NCBI RefSeq assembly: GCF_009914755.1
Contig: NC_060926.1
DNA length: 64,000 nucleotides
Source of the DNA: the human T2T-CHM13v2.0 reference genome, Homo sapiens
Direction: 5' to 3' (one strand)
This document shows, in pieces, positions 1-19,830 of the stretch. How positions within the stretch are numbered: position 1 is the first letter of the stretch; each line of letters starts with the position of its first letter. The translations under genes and the position numbers were made by a program. The notes under the pieces are model-generated. The model did no database searches. It was not told the origin of the DNA and saw nothing but the letters and a program-made list of their open reading frames with translations.

Positions 1-935
1 ATAACAATAATAAAATTTTTAAAAAAAATCCTTTTATAGTATCTGTTATATTTTTTCCTGACTTTATTTCAAAACTTCTGTATTTTGTTCTAGACTATGT
101 CTTTTGAAAACACATTTGTAGCCCACTGAATTTGCTCTCCTAATATTCTTTGTCTTTTTTTATTGGGTTGTTTAGGGGACTTTTGTTCAATGCATAAGAT
201 AAGAGCTTTTTAAATTATTAGACAAACCCTTTGTCATCTGCTTAAACATTTTTTTTCTAAATCTTTCATATGTTCACTTATTAATTTGTTTATGGTGTTT
301 TTGCTACATAAAGGATTTTTATTTGTATAAAGTTAAAAATACATAGCTATTTTTTATGGCATAAGGATTACCAGCCTTGGTGAATAAGGTCATCTTTCCC
401 CTAAATTTTAAACGTTCTTCTAGATTTCCTTGAAAATTTCCAATTGTTTTGATGTTGCGATTACTTAATTATTCCATCTGGAATTTATGGACTAAAACAG
501 AAGTCTATTTTTATTTTATTGCAATTGTTAATCAGTTAAGATAGTACAACATATTACGGCATCACTAAATATGATTTCTTACAGAATTGATCTACCAACT
601 TTGTCATATATAAAATTTCTGGAATCTATTTCTATATTAATTATTCCATTTTAATGATAATTTGTCTCTTTCTAGGATAATAGTGACTGTGACATGTTTT
701 GATTTCTGGTAAGTTAAGTCTTCCTTACTATTCTTTTTTTTTTCACATTTGGTTGACTATTCCATGGCTTTCATGTTTCTATATAAATTTCCAGATTATT
801 TTGTTTAAACACAAATAAATCCCTGTTGGAATTCTAATTGGAACTGCATTTTAGTTATACATTAATTTGATGAGGGATTAATATTTTTATGATATATAAC
901 CTTCCCATTCAAGAATATAAAATGTTCTATTCACT
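1..935 (-). mobile_element. Highly degenerate old L1 (L1M/L1ME-type) ORF2 remnant
   Basis: T-rich, with recognisable antisense L1 phrases, e.g. GGAATTCTAATTGGAACTGCATT...ATACATTAATTTG (~828-870). Boundaries approximate. Confidence 0.45.
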
Positions 936-944
936 ATTTCTATA

Positions 945-1270
945 TCAACTTTTTTTCATTCCCACATATGGATGAGAATATGAGATATTTGTCTTTCTTT
1001 GTCTGGCTTATTTCATTTAACGTGATGTCCTCCAGTTCCATCCATGTTGCTGCAAGTGACAGGATTTCATTCTTTTTATGGCTGAGTATTGTTCCATTGT
1101 GTGTGTGTGTATATATATATACACATACATATATGTGTATATATATATGCACACACACAATACTTTCTTCATTCATTGTTGGACACTTTGATTCCATATG
1201 TCAGCTATTATCATTAATGCTGCAATCATCATGGGAATGCAGATACCTCTTCAACATACTGACTTTGCTA
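945..1270 (-). mobile_element. L1 (L1MA/MB-type) ORF2 C-terminal/3' fragment
   Basis: Minus-strand translation contains the L1 ORF2 end (KKNEILSLAATWMELEDITLNEISQTKKDKY). Confidence 0.8.
1096..1161. repeat. Compound (TG)n(TA)n(CA)n microsatellite, near-palindromic
   Basis: Read directly from the sequence; alternating purine-pyrimidine. Confidence 0.9.
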
Positions 1271-2269
1271 TTTAATTTATATTTATTTGTATTGAAATCT
1301 TGTTCATTTATTTTTTTAATTTGTAATATATTCATGTGGGACAGAATTCAAAATGTACAAAAGGAAGAGTTATCTTAAAAGATTATGAAGTATATGACTG
1401 ATTTATGAACTCACCAATAATGAACAGCGAAAACACATGGATAAACAATTTGTAAAAGAAGAAAAAAAATGACATGTCTTTCCATTTGTTTAAATTTTCA
1501 TTTTAATAAAAATTTGTTTTCTCAAATAATTTGTAATCTTCACTGTCATTTCCTGAAACTTTTCTATCATCTGCATAATGAGTTAATGGGGATATGATAA
1601 GAAAATCTTGAATGGTGGCACCAGTATCTATGACTCCTCCCTGAGGATGAAGTTTGGCTTTGGTTTATTATTTTGGAAAGGAGAAGGAGCTCCAAAAGTT
1701 ATCACTTAGTCTTTTCTAACTCAGTGACCATGACCTACATGGAAAAAAGAGCTAAAATAGGATATCTGCTTTTGCTGAGTATACTATTCCAACTATAAGT
1801 TCAGGAACTGAGAAAATAACCACAGAACAGGTTTGTGGAGTCACTAGGCCCTTGTAAGATAGACATGGACACGAAGTCCATTTTCCTCTGATTTATGGAA
1901 AATAGTAGCTATGCAGGCCTTTAGAGATTATCAATAGTTCAGAGCCAGTATTAATATTCTCAGAGAAGTCTTTGTACTTCCTTTTCCCAGAGCACAATTA
2001 TCCTGATAAATGGCCACTTGATCCTTTTAGGTAAGACTAGGGGAAAGATCTCTAGCATGTAATCTGATGTTATGGTTAGGTCTTTCCTCAGCAAGACTCA
2101 GTCCCTCTTTAATTCTAAGAATGAATACACCTGAGTATGGAAAATGAGAGAGGACCATAACCCAAGTCTGGGAATTGGGGGAGTAAATTTAGGCCTCTGT
2201 TCATAAGACCAAGGGATTTCTTGGCTATACAGATAAAGTATGACTTAGTGGGTGATCCAAATGTAATAG

Positions 2270-2575
2270 TTACAGGAACCTGAAGGCCAAATAGTTACCA
2301 CCAAAACCCAAACCCCCAAGGGTAACCCACAATCAATACACAGAGCCCATCAGGAAAATCCTCTTGTTGATCCTCAGGAAGATGATTCTGAGAAGCATCT
2401 TCATGCTCTTTAAATGTTCTGGGTAGGACTGAGTCCACTTGCTCATGAGATGACCTCAATAATGTCCCTTATATTGACTTTTCTTTCTCTCATAATCTCT
2501 CTAGTCCCTCATTTCTGCTATCTAGAATTTATCTCCTAGTCTACCAATGTACAAGTTCTTATCCCTGGCCCTGTA
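2270..2575 (+). mobile_element. Old ERVL-class LTR remnant (LTR16-like)
   Basis: Resembles the LTR16 family from memory; very diverged and not verifiable here. Confidence 0.35.
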
Positions 2576-2804
2576 AATTGCTAATTACAGTATTTTAACA
2601 ATTAACAATGTACTCTACACGTACACAAAAGTCACTAATGCAGGAAAGAATACAATCATTAGTTTTCAATTTTTTTAGGCAATCTAGGAACAAGATGTTA
2701 AAATTCATCACAATATTACAAAACAAGTAGAACCACAACAACTGCCTGGAAATTGGACTTGGTTTTATTTTTAAGGTTGAAAGTCAAATAAAAATAAAAA
2801 ATTA

Positions 2805-3084
2805 GGCCAAGTACGGTGCTCACAACTGTAATCCCAGTACTTTGGGAGGCCAAGAGAGGAGGATCACTTGAGGTCAGGCATTCAAGATCAGCCTGGGTAA
2901 CAGAGAAAGACCCCATGTCCACAAAATAATTTTTTTTTTAATTAACCAAGAGTGGTGGCACACGTCTATAGTCCTAGCTACTGGAAAGACTGAGGCAGGA
3001 GGATCGCCTGACCCCAGGACTTTGAGGCTGCAGTGAGCTATGATCCTACCACTGCACTTCAGCCTGGGCAACAGAGCAAGACCA
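2805..3084 (+). mobile_element. AluJ
   Basis: Dimeric Alu with J-type features (GGAGGATCACTTGAGG, GAGGCTGCAGTGAGCTATGATC). Confidence 0.9.
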
Positions 3085-3416
3085 AGAAAAGAAGAAAAAC
3101 AGAAAAGAAAAGAAAAGAGAGGAGAGGAGAGGAAAGGAAAGGAAAGGAAAAGAGGTGAGAGGAGAGGAGGAGGAGGAGGAGAGGAGAGGAGAGGAGAAGA
3201 GGAGGAGGAGAAGAAGGAGAGGGGAGGAGAGGAAAGGAAAGGAAAAGAGGTGAGAGGAGAGGAGAGGAGAGGAGGAAGAGGAGGAGGAGAGGAGAGAGGA
3301 GGAGGAGGAGATGAGAGGAGGAAAAGAAAGAGAATAAGAAAGAGAGGGAAGGAAGGAAGGAAGGGAGGGAGGGAGGGAGAAGGAAGGAAGGAAGGAAGGA
3401 AGGGAGGGAGGAAAAA
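3085..3416 (+). repeat. Polypurine (GA-rich) tract with GGAGA/GGAAA/GGA/GGAA units
   Basis: About 330 nt with only a handful of pyrimidines; continues the Alu A-tail. Confidence 0.95.
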
Positions 3417-6037
3417 TTACCAGTACCTTTAAAAACAGATATTAGAAATTCTCACTTTGGCTAATGCTGTCACACAATTCATTTTCAAACAGTGCATCCA
3501 TTCTGCATGTTGAGTTCATGATTCCATGATTCCAAGTATTAATGGATAATGGAGAACTGATTTAATTCAGATTTTATGAATTATGAATTACTTAGTAAAC
3601 ATAATTAAATTTTAAGAATGAGGAAAAAAACCAGAGTAGACATCAGTGACATGTAATCAAGAATCTGGTGAAGTCCCACAGTATTTTGGAGAGCCAATTT
3701 GCTGTAAAATACAGGCATGAAAATAATACTGTATTATAGATGCCAGGAGTTTTCTCCATATTCACAATCATTTTAAGCAACTAGTCTCCAATCTCGTTTA
3801 ATTGTGCATCCCAATAGTTTTAAAAATAATTTTAGTATATGTCCCCCAAATATATGTATATTTATATATGTATAAATTAGATAAATAGGTCTGCACTAAA
3901 ATATACAATATTTTAGTATTAAAATAAAATATAAATTTAAAAGAATGAAATCAGAGAAGCCACAAAGATAGATGAATGAAATCAGACCCTCAGTAGAGGC
4001 AGTGACTGACCACCCTACTCCAAAGGCAGAAAGACTATTCCTTAGAGCTTTCCTGTTCCCATCCTCCATCAGCCCCAACTATACTTTTTACAGTCTGTTT
4101 CCATAAGATTTCCCAAATCTCTTGTCCTCGCCACCTTTCAACTAAGAACATCAATTAAGGACATTTCTGTTTCTTACAACCAAATGATACCTAAAATAAC
4201 ATTTTACACGTAAACATTGTTCACTTATAAAGCATTGTTCTTGTCTTTAATTTAAATATATTTGAAATATTCTGATTAAAATAATGCTATTGTTTAATAC
4301 TAAAGGAAACAGTAGAATAATCAGTATACTAATAAATTAATTTATTTTAAAAAGAGAGTTGTATGAGCTCACTAATCCAGGAATAATTTTAAAAGCTAAA
4401 TTTGGCAATAAGCATTCTATTTCTTGCAATTTTTTTTAAAGTACTAATACTCTTTACTTAAAGATAAACACATGGCCCACCACACACCTACTAAATTAGG
4501 ATATTTCTTTCTTATCTCTCTCCTGCTCTCAAATAACCTCACCTTACGAAACATAACTTGCAGGGAAAGGGAAGAGTAAGATGGCAGAATAGGACTCTCC
4601 ACACAATCATCACCCCACAAAAAACATTAATTTGAACAACTATCCACGCACGAAATTACCTTCTCAAGTGCTAAGGAAAGGTGGTGAGAGATCACAGTAC
4701 ATGGTTATAGCATAATAATAATAAGAAAAGACACACTGAGGAGAGTAGGAAAGATAGTTTTATGTTACCTGCAGCACCCCTTCCCCAACCCCAGGTAGCA
4801 CAGTGCAGTGAAAGCCACCATCTGCTTGGGGGAAAGAGAGAGAAGTAAGCAAAGGAATTTGCCATGGACACTAACACAGGGACCACCACAGTAAAAATCA
4901 CTACCACACAGACCCCCACAGCCCCTGACTCCAGGCCAGTGCCCACAGACCTAGCCTCAATGACTGCCCAGGGACCAAGTGGGAACCACAGCTCCTGCAA
5001 GACAGACTCAATCTGCAGTCTGCATCACCACTGACCATCTACAGTGGCCTTGGGCCTTGGACAAATCTCAGTGGCAGACAGGAGGCAGACCTCAGCAGCT
5101 GTGGGCTTCACAGTCTTAGCAATGTACCAGCCTCTATGACTAAGGATTTCTAGCACATCCCAGCTCCACACCAGCTTCAGTAACCACAAGATTCCAGCCT
5201 GGCATTGTGCCAGCCATAGCAGTCCAAGCTTATGATGCTCCCTAGGACTGCAATGGCCACGGTGGTCCCAAGAATAGCAGCCATACCAGATGATCTGCCC
5301 AGAATCTCTGGACAGGCTTACTATTGGAAGGCATTCTTAGACAAATTCAGTCTATGAAGACTGGAATAAGTACCTACTTCTTCACATGTGCAGGCATTAT
5401 CACATAGCCACAATGACCAAGAACATTTAGGAAAACATGACAACACCAGAGAGAAAAAATAAAGTGCCAGTGACTGGCCCTAAAGAGCTGGAGACATATG
5501 AACTGCCCGACAAAACATTTATAATAACTGTTTTCAGGAAACTTGGCAAACTTTAGGAAAATAGAGAGAGATAATTCAAAGAAATTAACAAAACAATAAG
5601 TGACCAGAATGAAAAATTTAACAGAGATTGAAATAATATTTTAAGAAACAGAAATTTTGGAACTAAAAAAATGCAATGAACAAAATGTAAAATATAATAA
5701 AGAGCTCAAACAGCAGAATTGATCAAGCAGAAGAAAGAATTTGTAAACTCAAAGACTTCAATACCCTGCTTTTAGCAATGAACAGATAATCCAGAAAGGA
5801 AATCAGTCAGAAAGCATAGTATTTAAACTACTATTTAGGTCAACTGAACCTAATGGACATATGCAGAACACACATTCTCTCAATGGCACATGGAGCACTC
5901 TCCAGTATAAATCATGTGTTAGGCTACAAAACAAGTTTTAAATTCAGTAAGATTGAAATCACATTAAGCATTTTTTCTGACCACCTGGTATAAAATTAGA
6001 AGTCAATAACAGGAGGAACTTCAGAAAATTCACCCAA

Positions 6038-6383
<346 letters not shown>

Positions 6384-9300
6384 CTAAACAACAAATGGGT
6401 CAATGACAAAATTAAAAGGAACTTTAAAACATATCTTGAGACAAATGGAAATGAAAATACAATATCAAAAGCCATGGAGATGAAAGAAATCTACACTGAA
6501 AATCATATCAAAAGCTATGGGATATAACAAAAGCAGTTTTAAGAGGGAAGTTTTCAGCACTAAGTGCCTACATCAAAAAATAAAAATTTCAAATAAACAA
6601 CCTAACATTGCACCTTAAGGAACTAAAAAAATAGGAAAAAATTAAGCCCAAATTTAGTAGAAAGAAGGAAATAATAAAGATCAGAAAAGAAATAAATGAA
6701 ATAGAAACTAGGAAAATAATAGGAAATTTTTTTAATGAAGAGTTAGTATTTTGAAAAGATTAGAAAAAACATTTAGCTAGACTAAGGAAAAAAGAGAAGA
6801 AAACAAAAATAAAATTAGAAATGAAACAAAAAATATCACAGTGGATAACACATAAATACAAAGGATAATAAGAGACTATTATGAACAATTATATGCCAAC
6901 AAATTGTGTAACACAGAGGAAATGGATAAATTCCTTGACACATACAAGATTGAACTATAAAGAAAAGGAAATTCTGAACAGATCAATAACAAGAAAAGTG
7001 ATTGAATTTGTAATAAAATGTCACCTATCAAAGAAAAACCCAGGACCTGGTGGCTTCATTGCTGAATTCTACCAAACCTTTAAAGGATAATTAATACCAA
7101 TCCTTCTCAAACTCTTCCAAAAAATTGGAGAGGAGGGAATACTAATAAATGTATTTTATGAGACTAGCATACCAAATCAGACGAGGGGGAAAAAAAAAAG
7201 CTACAGGCCAACATCCCTGAGGAACAAAGATGCAAAAATGCTCAACAAATTACCAGTAAAACAAATTAAATAGTATCTTAAAAAGATCCTTCACCATGAT
7301 CAAGTGGGATTCATCCCAGAAATGCAAGGATGATTCAACATATGCAAATCAATAAATGTAATACACCACATTAACAGAATGAAAGACACAATTATATCAT
7401 TTCAATATATTCAGAAAAAGCACTTGACAAAATTTAACATATTTTAATGATTAAAAAACTGTGAATAAATTAGGTACAAAAGAAATGTACCTTAACACAA
7501 TAAAGGCCATAGCTAACAGAATATTCAATGGGGAAAAATTAAACCTTTTCTTTTAATACCTGGAACAAGACAAACATGCTTATTTTCACCACTTTTATTC
7601 AACATAGTACTGGAAGTTCTAATGAGCCGTTAGGCAAAGGAAAGAAATAAAAGCCATCCAAATTAGTAAGGAAGAAGTTGTCTCTATTTGCAGATGACAT
7701 GACTTTATGTACTTTTTTTAAAAACTAAAAAATCTTCCAAATAATTGTTATAACTAATAAACAAATTCAGTAAAGATGCAGGATACAAAATCAACATACA
7801 AAAGTCAGTGGTACTTCAGCAATCTACTTGAAAGGGAAATCAAGAAAACAATTCCACTTATAGTAGCTACAAAAGAAATAAAATACTTAGAAATAAATTT
7901 AACCATGGAGATGAAAGAAATCTACACTGAAAATCATAAAACATTTATGAGATAAATTGAAGAAGGCATAAATAAACAGAAAGGTACTTGTATTCATGGA
8001 CTGAAATAACTAATATTGTTACAATGTCCACACTACCCAAATATATTCAATGCAATCCTTATCAAAATAGCAATGGCATTCTTTACATAAAGAGAAAAAA
8101 CATTCTAAAATTTGTGTGGAACAAAAAAAGACCTGATTAGCCAAAATCATCTTAAGCAAAAAGACCAAAGCTAGAGGCATCACAGTACCTGACTTCAAGA
8201 TATATTACAAAGCTCTAGTAACCCAACAGCCGTGGTACTAACATAAAAACAGATATATATGCCAATGGAACAAAATAGCCCAGAAATAAATCTGCTCATT
8301 TGCAGCCAACTTATTTTTGACAAACTACACACAGTGGGGAAAGGACAGTCTCTTCAATAAATTGTATTGGGAAAAATGGACATCCTCATGCAAAGAAGGA
8401 AATTAGACTCTTATCTCACAGCACATGCAAAACCACAAGGAGGTATCATCTCACTTCTGTTAGAATGACTATTATCGAAAAGACAAAAGATAACAAAAGT
8501 TGGCAAAGATGTGAAGAAAAGGAAATTCTTGCACACTGTTGGTGGGAATGCAAATTAATACAACCATTATAGGAAACAATATGGAGCTTCCTCAAAAAAT
8601 AAAAAAATGAAACTATTATATGATCGAGCAATCCCACTACTGGGTATATAGCCAAAGAAAATGAAATCAGTATGTCAAAGAGCTATCTGCACTCTCGTGT
8701 TTACTGCAAGCAACATAGCTGAGATATGGAATCAATTTAAGTATCCATAAACAGATGAATAGAATTTTTTAAAGTGGTATATATACACAATGAAATACTA
8801 TGCAGCCATAAAATAAGAATAAAATTCTGTCATTTAATACAACACGGATAAACCTAGAGGACATTATGCAAAGTGAAATAAAACAGGTGCAGAAAGACAA
8901 ATACCACATGATACAATTTGAATTTCTGTCCCCACCCCAATCTTATGTTGAAATGTAATCCCCAGTGCTGATTGTGGGGCCTTGTGGAAGGTGCTTGAAT
9001 CATGGGGGCAGTTTCTCATGAATGGTTTACATCATCCCCCTGATGCTGTTCTCGTAACAGAGTTCTCATGAGATCCAGTTGTTTAAAAGTGTGTAGCACC
9101 TCCCTCCCATTCTTGGTCCTGCTCCTGCCATGTAAGATGCCTCACTCCCCCTTTGCCTTCTGCTATAATTGCACATTTCCTGAGGCCTCCCCAGAATCTG
9201 AGCAGATGCCAGAATTATGCTTCCTGTATAGCCTGTGGAATCCTGAGCCAATTAAACTTCTTTTCTTTATAAATCACCCAGTCTCAGATATTTCCTTATA

Positions 9301-9548
9301 GCAGTAAATACAGAAAATTGGTATTCAAGAGTGAGGCATTGCTATAAAGATACCCGATAATGTGGAAATGACTTTGAAACTGGGTAATGGGCAGGTTGGA
9401 AGAGTTTGGAGAGCTCAGAAGAAGACAGGAAGACAAGGGAAAGTTTGGAACTTCCTAGAGACTTGATAAGTTGTTATGACCCAAATGCTGATAGTGATAT
9501 GGACAAGGAATTCCAGACTGAGGAGGTCTCAGATAGAAATTAGGACCT

Positions 9549-9971
9549 TACTAAGCTAAAGGGAAAAGTCAAGCTGGGAACTGCTTAGGACTGCCTCCCA
9601 TTCTATTCAAAGTCACCCCTCTGCTCACTGAGATAAATACATTTCTAATTGCATCCTTTGGGGAGGCTAATCAGAAACTCAAAAGAATGCAACCACTTGT
9701 CTCTTACCTGCCTATGACCTGGAAGCCCCCTCCCTGCTTAAAGTCTTACCATCTTTGCTTCGAGTTTTCCCATCTTTTCAGACGGAACCACTGTTCATCT
9801 TACATATGTTGATTGATGTCTCATGTCTCCATAAATGTAAAGCCAAACTGTGCTCTAACCACCTTGGGCACATGTCATCAGGACCTCCTGAGGCTGCGTC
9901 ATGAGCATGTGTCCTCAACCTTGGCAAAATCAACTTTCTAAATTAACTGTCTCAGATTTTCAGGGTTCACA
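9549..9971 (+). mobile_element. MER4A-type ERV1 solo LTR, 5' end missing, nested in the MST internal region
   Basis: AAAGGGAAAAGTCAAGCTGGGAACTGCTTAGG ... CAGGGTTCACA end; MST internal sequence resumes at 9972. Confidence 0.8.
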
Positions 9972-11631
9972 AACTTCAGTAAAGGTCACTTCCGCTATGC
10001 TTTAGCAAAGAATCTGGCTGTATTGTGCCCTGCTCTAGCGATGTGTGGAACTTAGAACTTAAAAGGGATGATTTAGTGTATCTGGCAGAAGAAATTTCTA
10101 AGCAGCAAAACATTCAAGATGTGACCTGGCTACCTCTAACAACCTATGCTTCTATGCATGAGCAAAGAAATGACCTAAAACTGAAACTTATATCTAAAAG
10201 GGAAGCAAAGTGTAAAAGTTTGGAAAATTTGCAGCTTTGCCATGTAGTACAAAAGAAAAGCCCATTTTCAGGGGAGGAATTGAAGCAGCCTGCAGAAATT
10301 TGCATAACTAAAAGGAAGGCAAGTGCTGATAGCCAAGACAATGGGAGAAAGACCTCAAAGGCATTTCAGAGACCCTCATGACAGCCCCTCCCATCACAGG
10401 CCCAGATGTCTAGGAGGGAAGAATGGTTTATTGGGCCAGGCCCAGGGCCCCTCTGCCCCATGCAGCCTCAGGAAACTGTTCCCTACATCGTAGCCACTCC
10501 AGCTCCAGCTGTAGCTCAAAGGGGCTCAGGTACACCTCAGGCTATTGCTTCAGAGAGCGCAAGCTGTAAACCTTGGTAGCTTCCACATGGTGTTAAACCT
10601 GTAGGTGCACAGAGTCCAAGAGTTGAGGCTTGGGAGCCTCTGCCTAGATTTTAGAAAACGTATGGAATAGCCTGAATGTCCAGGCAGAAGCCAGCTGCAG
10701 GGGCAGAGCCCTCACGGAGACCCTTTACTAGGACAATGCAGAAGGAAAATGTGGGGTTGGAGCCCCCACACAGAATCCCCAATGGGGCACTGCCTAGTGG
10801 AGCTATGAGAAGAGGACCACCATCCTTCAGACCCCAGAATTGTAGCTCCACCAACAGCTTGGATCATGCATCTGGAAAAGCCACAGACATTCAATGCCAG
10901 CCCATGAGAGCAGCCAGAGTGGGTGAACCCTGCAAAGCCACAGGGACAGAGCTTCCCAAGGCTTCGGGAGCCCACCTTTTGTACCAGCATGCCCTGAATA
11001 TGGGACAAGGAGTCGAAATACATTATTTTGGAGCTTTAAGATTTAATTACTTTAAGCTCTCAACCCCCTGCTGACTTTCAGACTTGCACAGGCCTATAGA
11101 CTCTTTCTTTGGCTGATTTCTCCCTCGGAATAGAAGTAATTACCCAATACCTGCCCTGCTGAGTTTCAGACTTGCATGGGGCCTGTAGCCCCTTGGTTTT
11201 GGCCAATTTCTTACATTTGGAATGAAAGCATTTACCCAATGCCTTTACCCCCATTGTATCTTGAAAGAAACTAGCTTGTTTTTTATTCTACAGGCTCATA
11301 GGCAGAAGGGACTAGTCTTGCCTCAAAGGAGACTTTGGACTGTGGACTTTCGAGTTAATGCTAGACTGAGTTAAGACTTTGGGCCATTGTTGGGAAGGCA
11401 TGATTGTATTTTGAAATGTGAGAGGGGCATGAGATTTGGGAAGCGGCAGGGTGAAATGATATGGTTTGGTGTGTGTACCTGCCCAGATCTCATGTTAAAA
11501 TATAATCCCCAATGCTGGAGGTAGAAGGTGACTGAATCATGGGGGTGGTTTCTCATGAATTATTTAGCCCTATACCCCTAGTGCTATTCACATGATAGAG
11601 TTCTCATGATATCTGGTTGTTTAAAACTGTG

Positions 11632-11979
<348 letters not shown>

Positions 11980-12981
11980 TCACTCTCCCTTTGCCTTCTG
12001 CCATGATTGCAAGTTTCTGAGGCCTCCCAGAAGCTGAGCATATGCCAGAATTATGCTTCCTGTACAGCCTGCAGAACCATGAGCCAATTAAACCTATTTT
12101 CTTTATAAATTATCCAGTACCAGCTATTTCTTTATAGCAGCACAAGAATGGCCTAATACACCACATGATCTCACTCATAATGAGGCAACTTAAAAAGTCA
12201 ATGTCAAAAAATAGAAAGTAGAATGGTGGTTACCAGAGGCTGCAGTGATTGTGGGAGTGGTTGTTAGGGAGATTTTGGTCAAAGAACACAAAATTACAAT
12301 CAGGCCGGAAGAATAAATTCAAGAGGGCTATTGTACAGCATAGGGACCATAATAAATGGCAATATGTTGCACTCTTGAGGAATGCTAAGAGAGTCAATGT
12401 TAAGTGTTCTCAACACAAAAATGATAACCATGTGAGTTGATACATATATATTAATTAGGTAGGTTTAACCATTCCACAAGGTATATGTGCTTCAAGTCAT
12501 CGTGTTGTACATAATAAATACATAGAATTTTATCTGTCAATTTTTAGAAAGTGTTAAATTTAAAAAAAAGAAAGGAATAACTTACAGCATCAGTATCTAA
12601 ATCCTTGTGGTCCTCAGCTTCATCTTCTGTGTCCCAAATTCTTATGTGGGAGAATTTGATTGGCTCCTTGGTTCACATACCCTCTCTAATTACCTGTGTC
12701 TTGGAGGGATTTCTCTGAGACAGTGGTTTCAAAGAAGGTTGACTCTAAGGTGATGCCTGGGGGTATGAGATTTTAAAAGTATAACTTCAGTTTCACCTTC
12801 ATTGCTTATTTCATTTACTTCTCATCTGGCAGGTTCAGGGGTTGCCCTACTTAAGAGTCTCATGTCCCACAAGACACTATATCTCTTGTAGCAACTCCAC
12901 AGGCTTCCAGGATTCACATGAGAGACATACCCAATTACAAGAGTTAACACACTCAGGGAAGCCCAAATTATAGCACTCTCA

Positions 12982-13204
12982 TCAGATATTTATGGGACAT
13001 TTATAATTCCTCCTTGTTTAGTTGCAATTTATCAATCAGGGATAATATTACCATAGGCAATATTGACTGTAACATAGTTGACATTCTATCTTCAGGTATT
13101 TATGGGACATTTATAATTCCTTCTTGTTTGGTTGCAATTTATCATTCAGGGATAATATTACTGTAGGCAATACTGACTGTAACATCGTTGACATTCTATC
13201 TTCA
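12982..13204. repeat. 110-bp tandem duplication (2 copies)
   Basis: 12982-13091 vs 13092-13201; 8 mismatches by hand count. Confidence 0.95.
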
Positions 13205-13679
13205 TCTGATTTCCAGTGGAACAGAGAGAAAATTAAGTGAAGGTCACATTCTTATGGTATAAAAGGAAAAGGCTTTATTAATTTTTACTAACTCTCCCCC
13301 ACAGTTAGTTCTTTAATGTATTTACTGGCATTGACAGATTTGCTTTGAAGTTGCTCTCAAAGAAGTAAAACACGGGCCACAGCATATTAGTGGAGTTAGG
13401 CCAACTCCTCTCCCTTGCACTGCACCTACCTCCCAATTCTCCTGCCCAAGAATGTTTAGGGAATATCTTGATTATCCATAAATATCACAACTTGCACAGG
13501 ACTCTGAAGTCCTACAGAAAGAAAACTATCCCTATTCACAGTTGAGTTGAGATATAGATACTCATCTAATGGAGGGGTTCTAAAGAAGATGTGTGAAACA
13601 AAGGAAGCTAAACTAAAAGGAGATACAGCTACATGAGTGAGAGGAAAAGATACCCAGGACTAACAAAGATGTTAGGGCC

Positions 13680-19830
<6,151 letters not shown>

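Noticed and set aside
3040-3432. 130-aa R/G/E/K-rich ORF
   Set aside because: Artefact of a purine tract that contains almost no T and so few stops; starts inside an Alu.
10025-11074. ORFs in the MST internal region
   Set aside because: Fragments of the decayed MaLR internal ORF, broken by stops and frameshifts.
13645-13653. AAAAGATAC as left TSD of the L1PA (matches 19827-19835)
   Set aside because: Short, A-rich, ~30 nt away from where L1 similarity begins, and not embedded in older-L1 sequence; likely chance.
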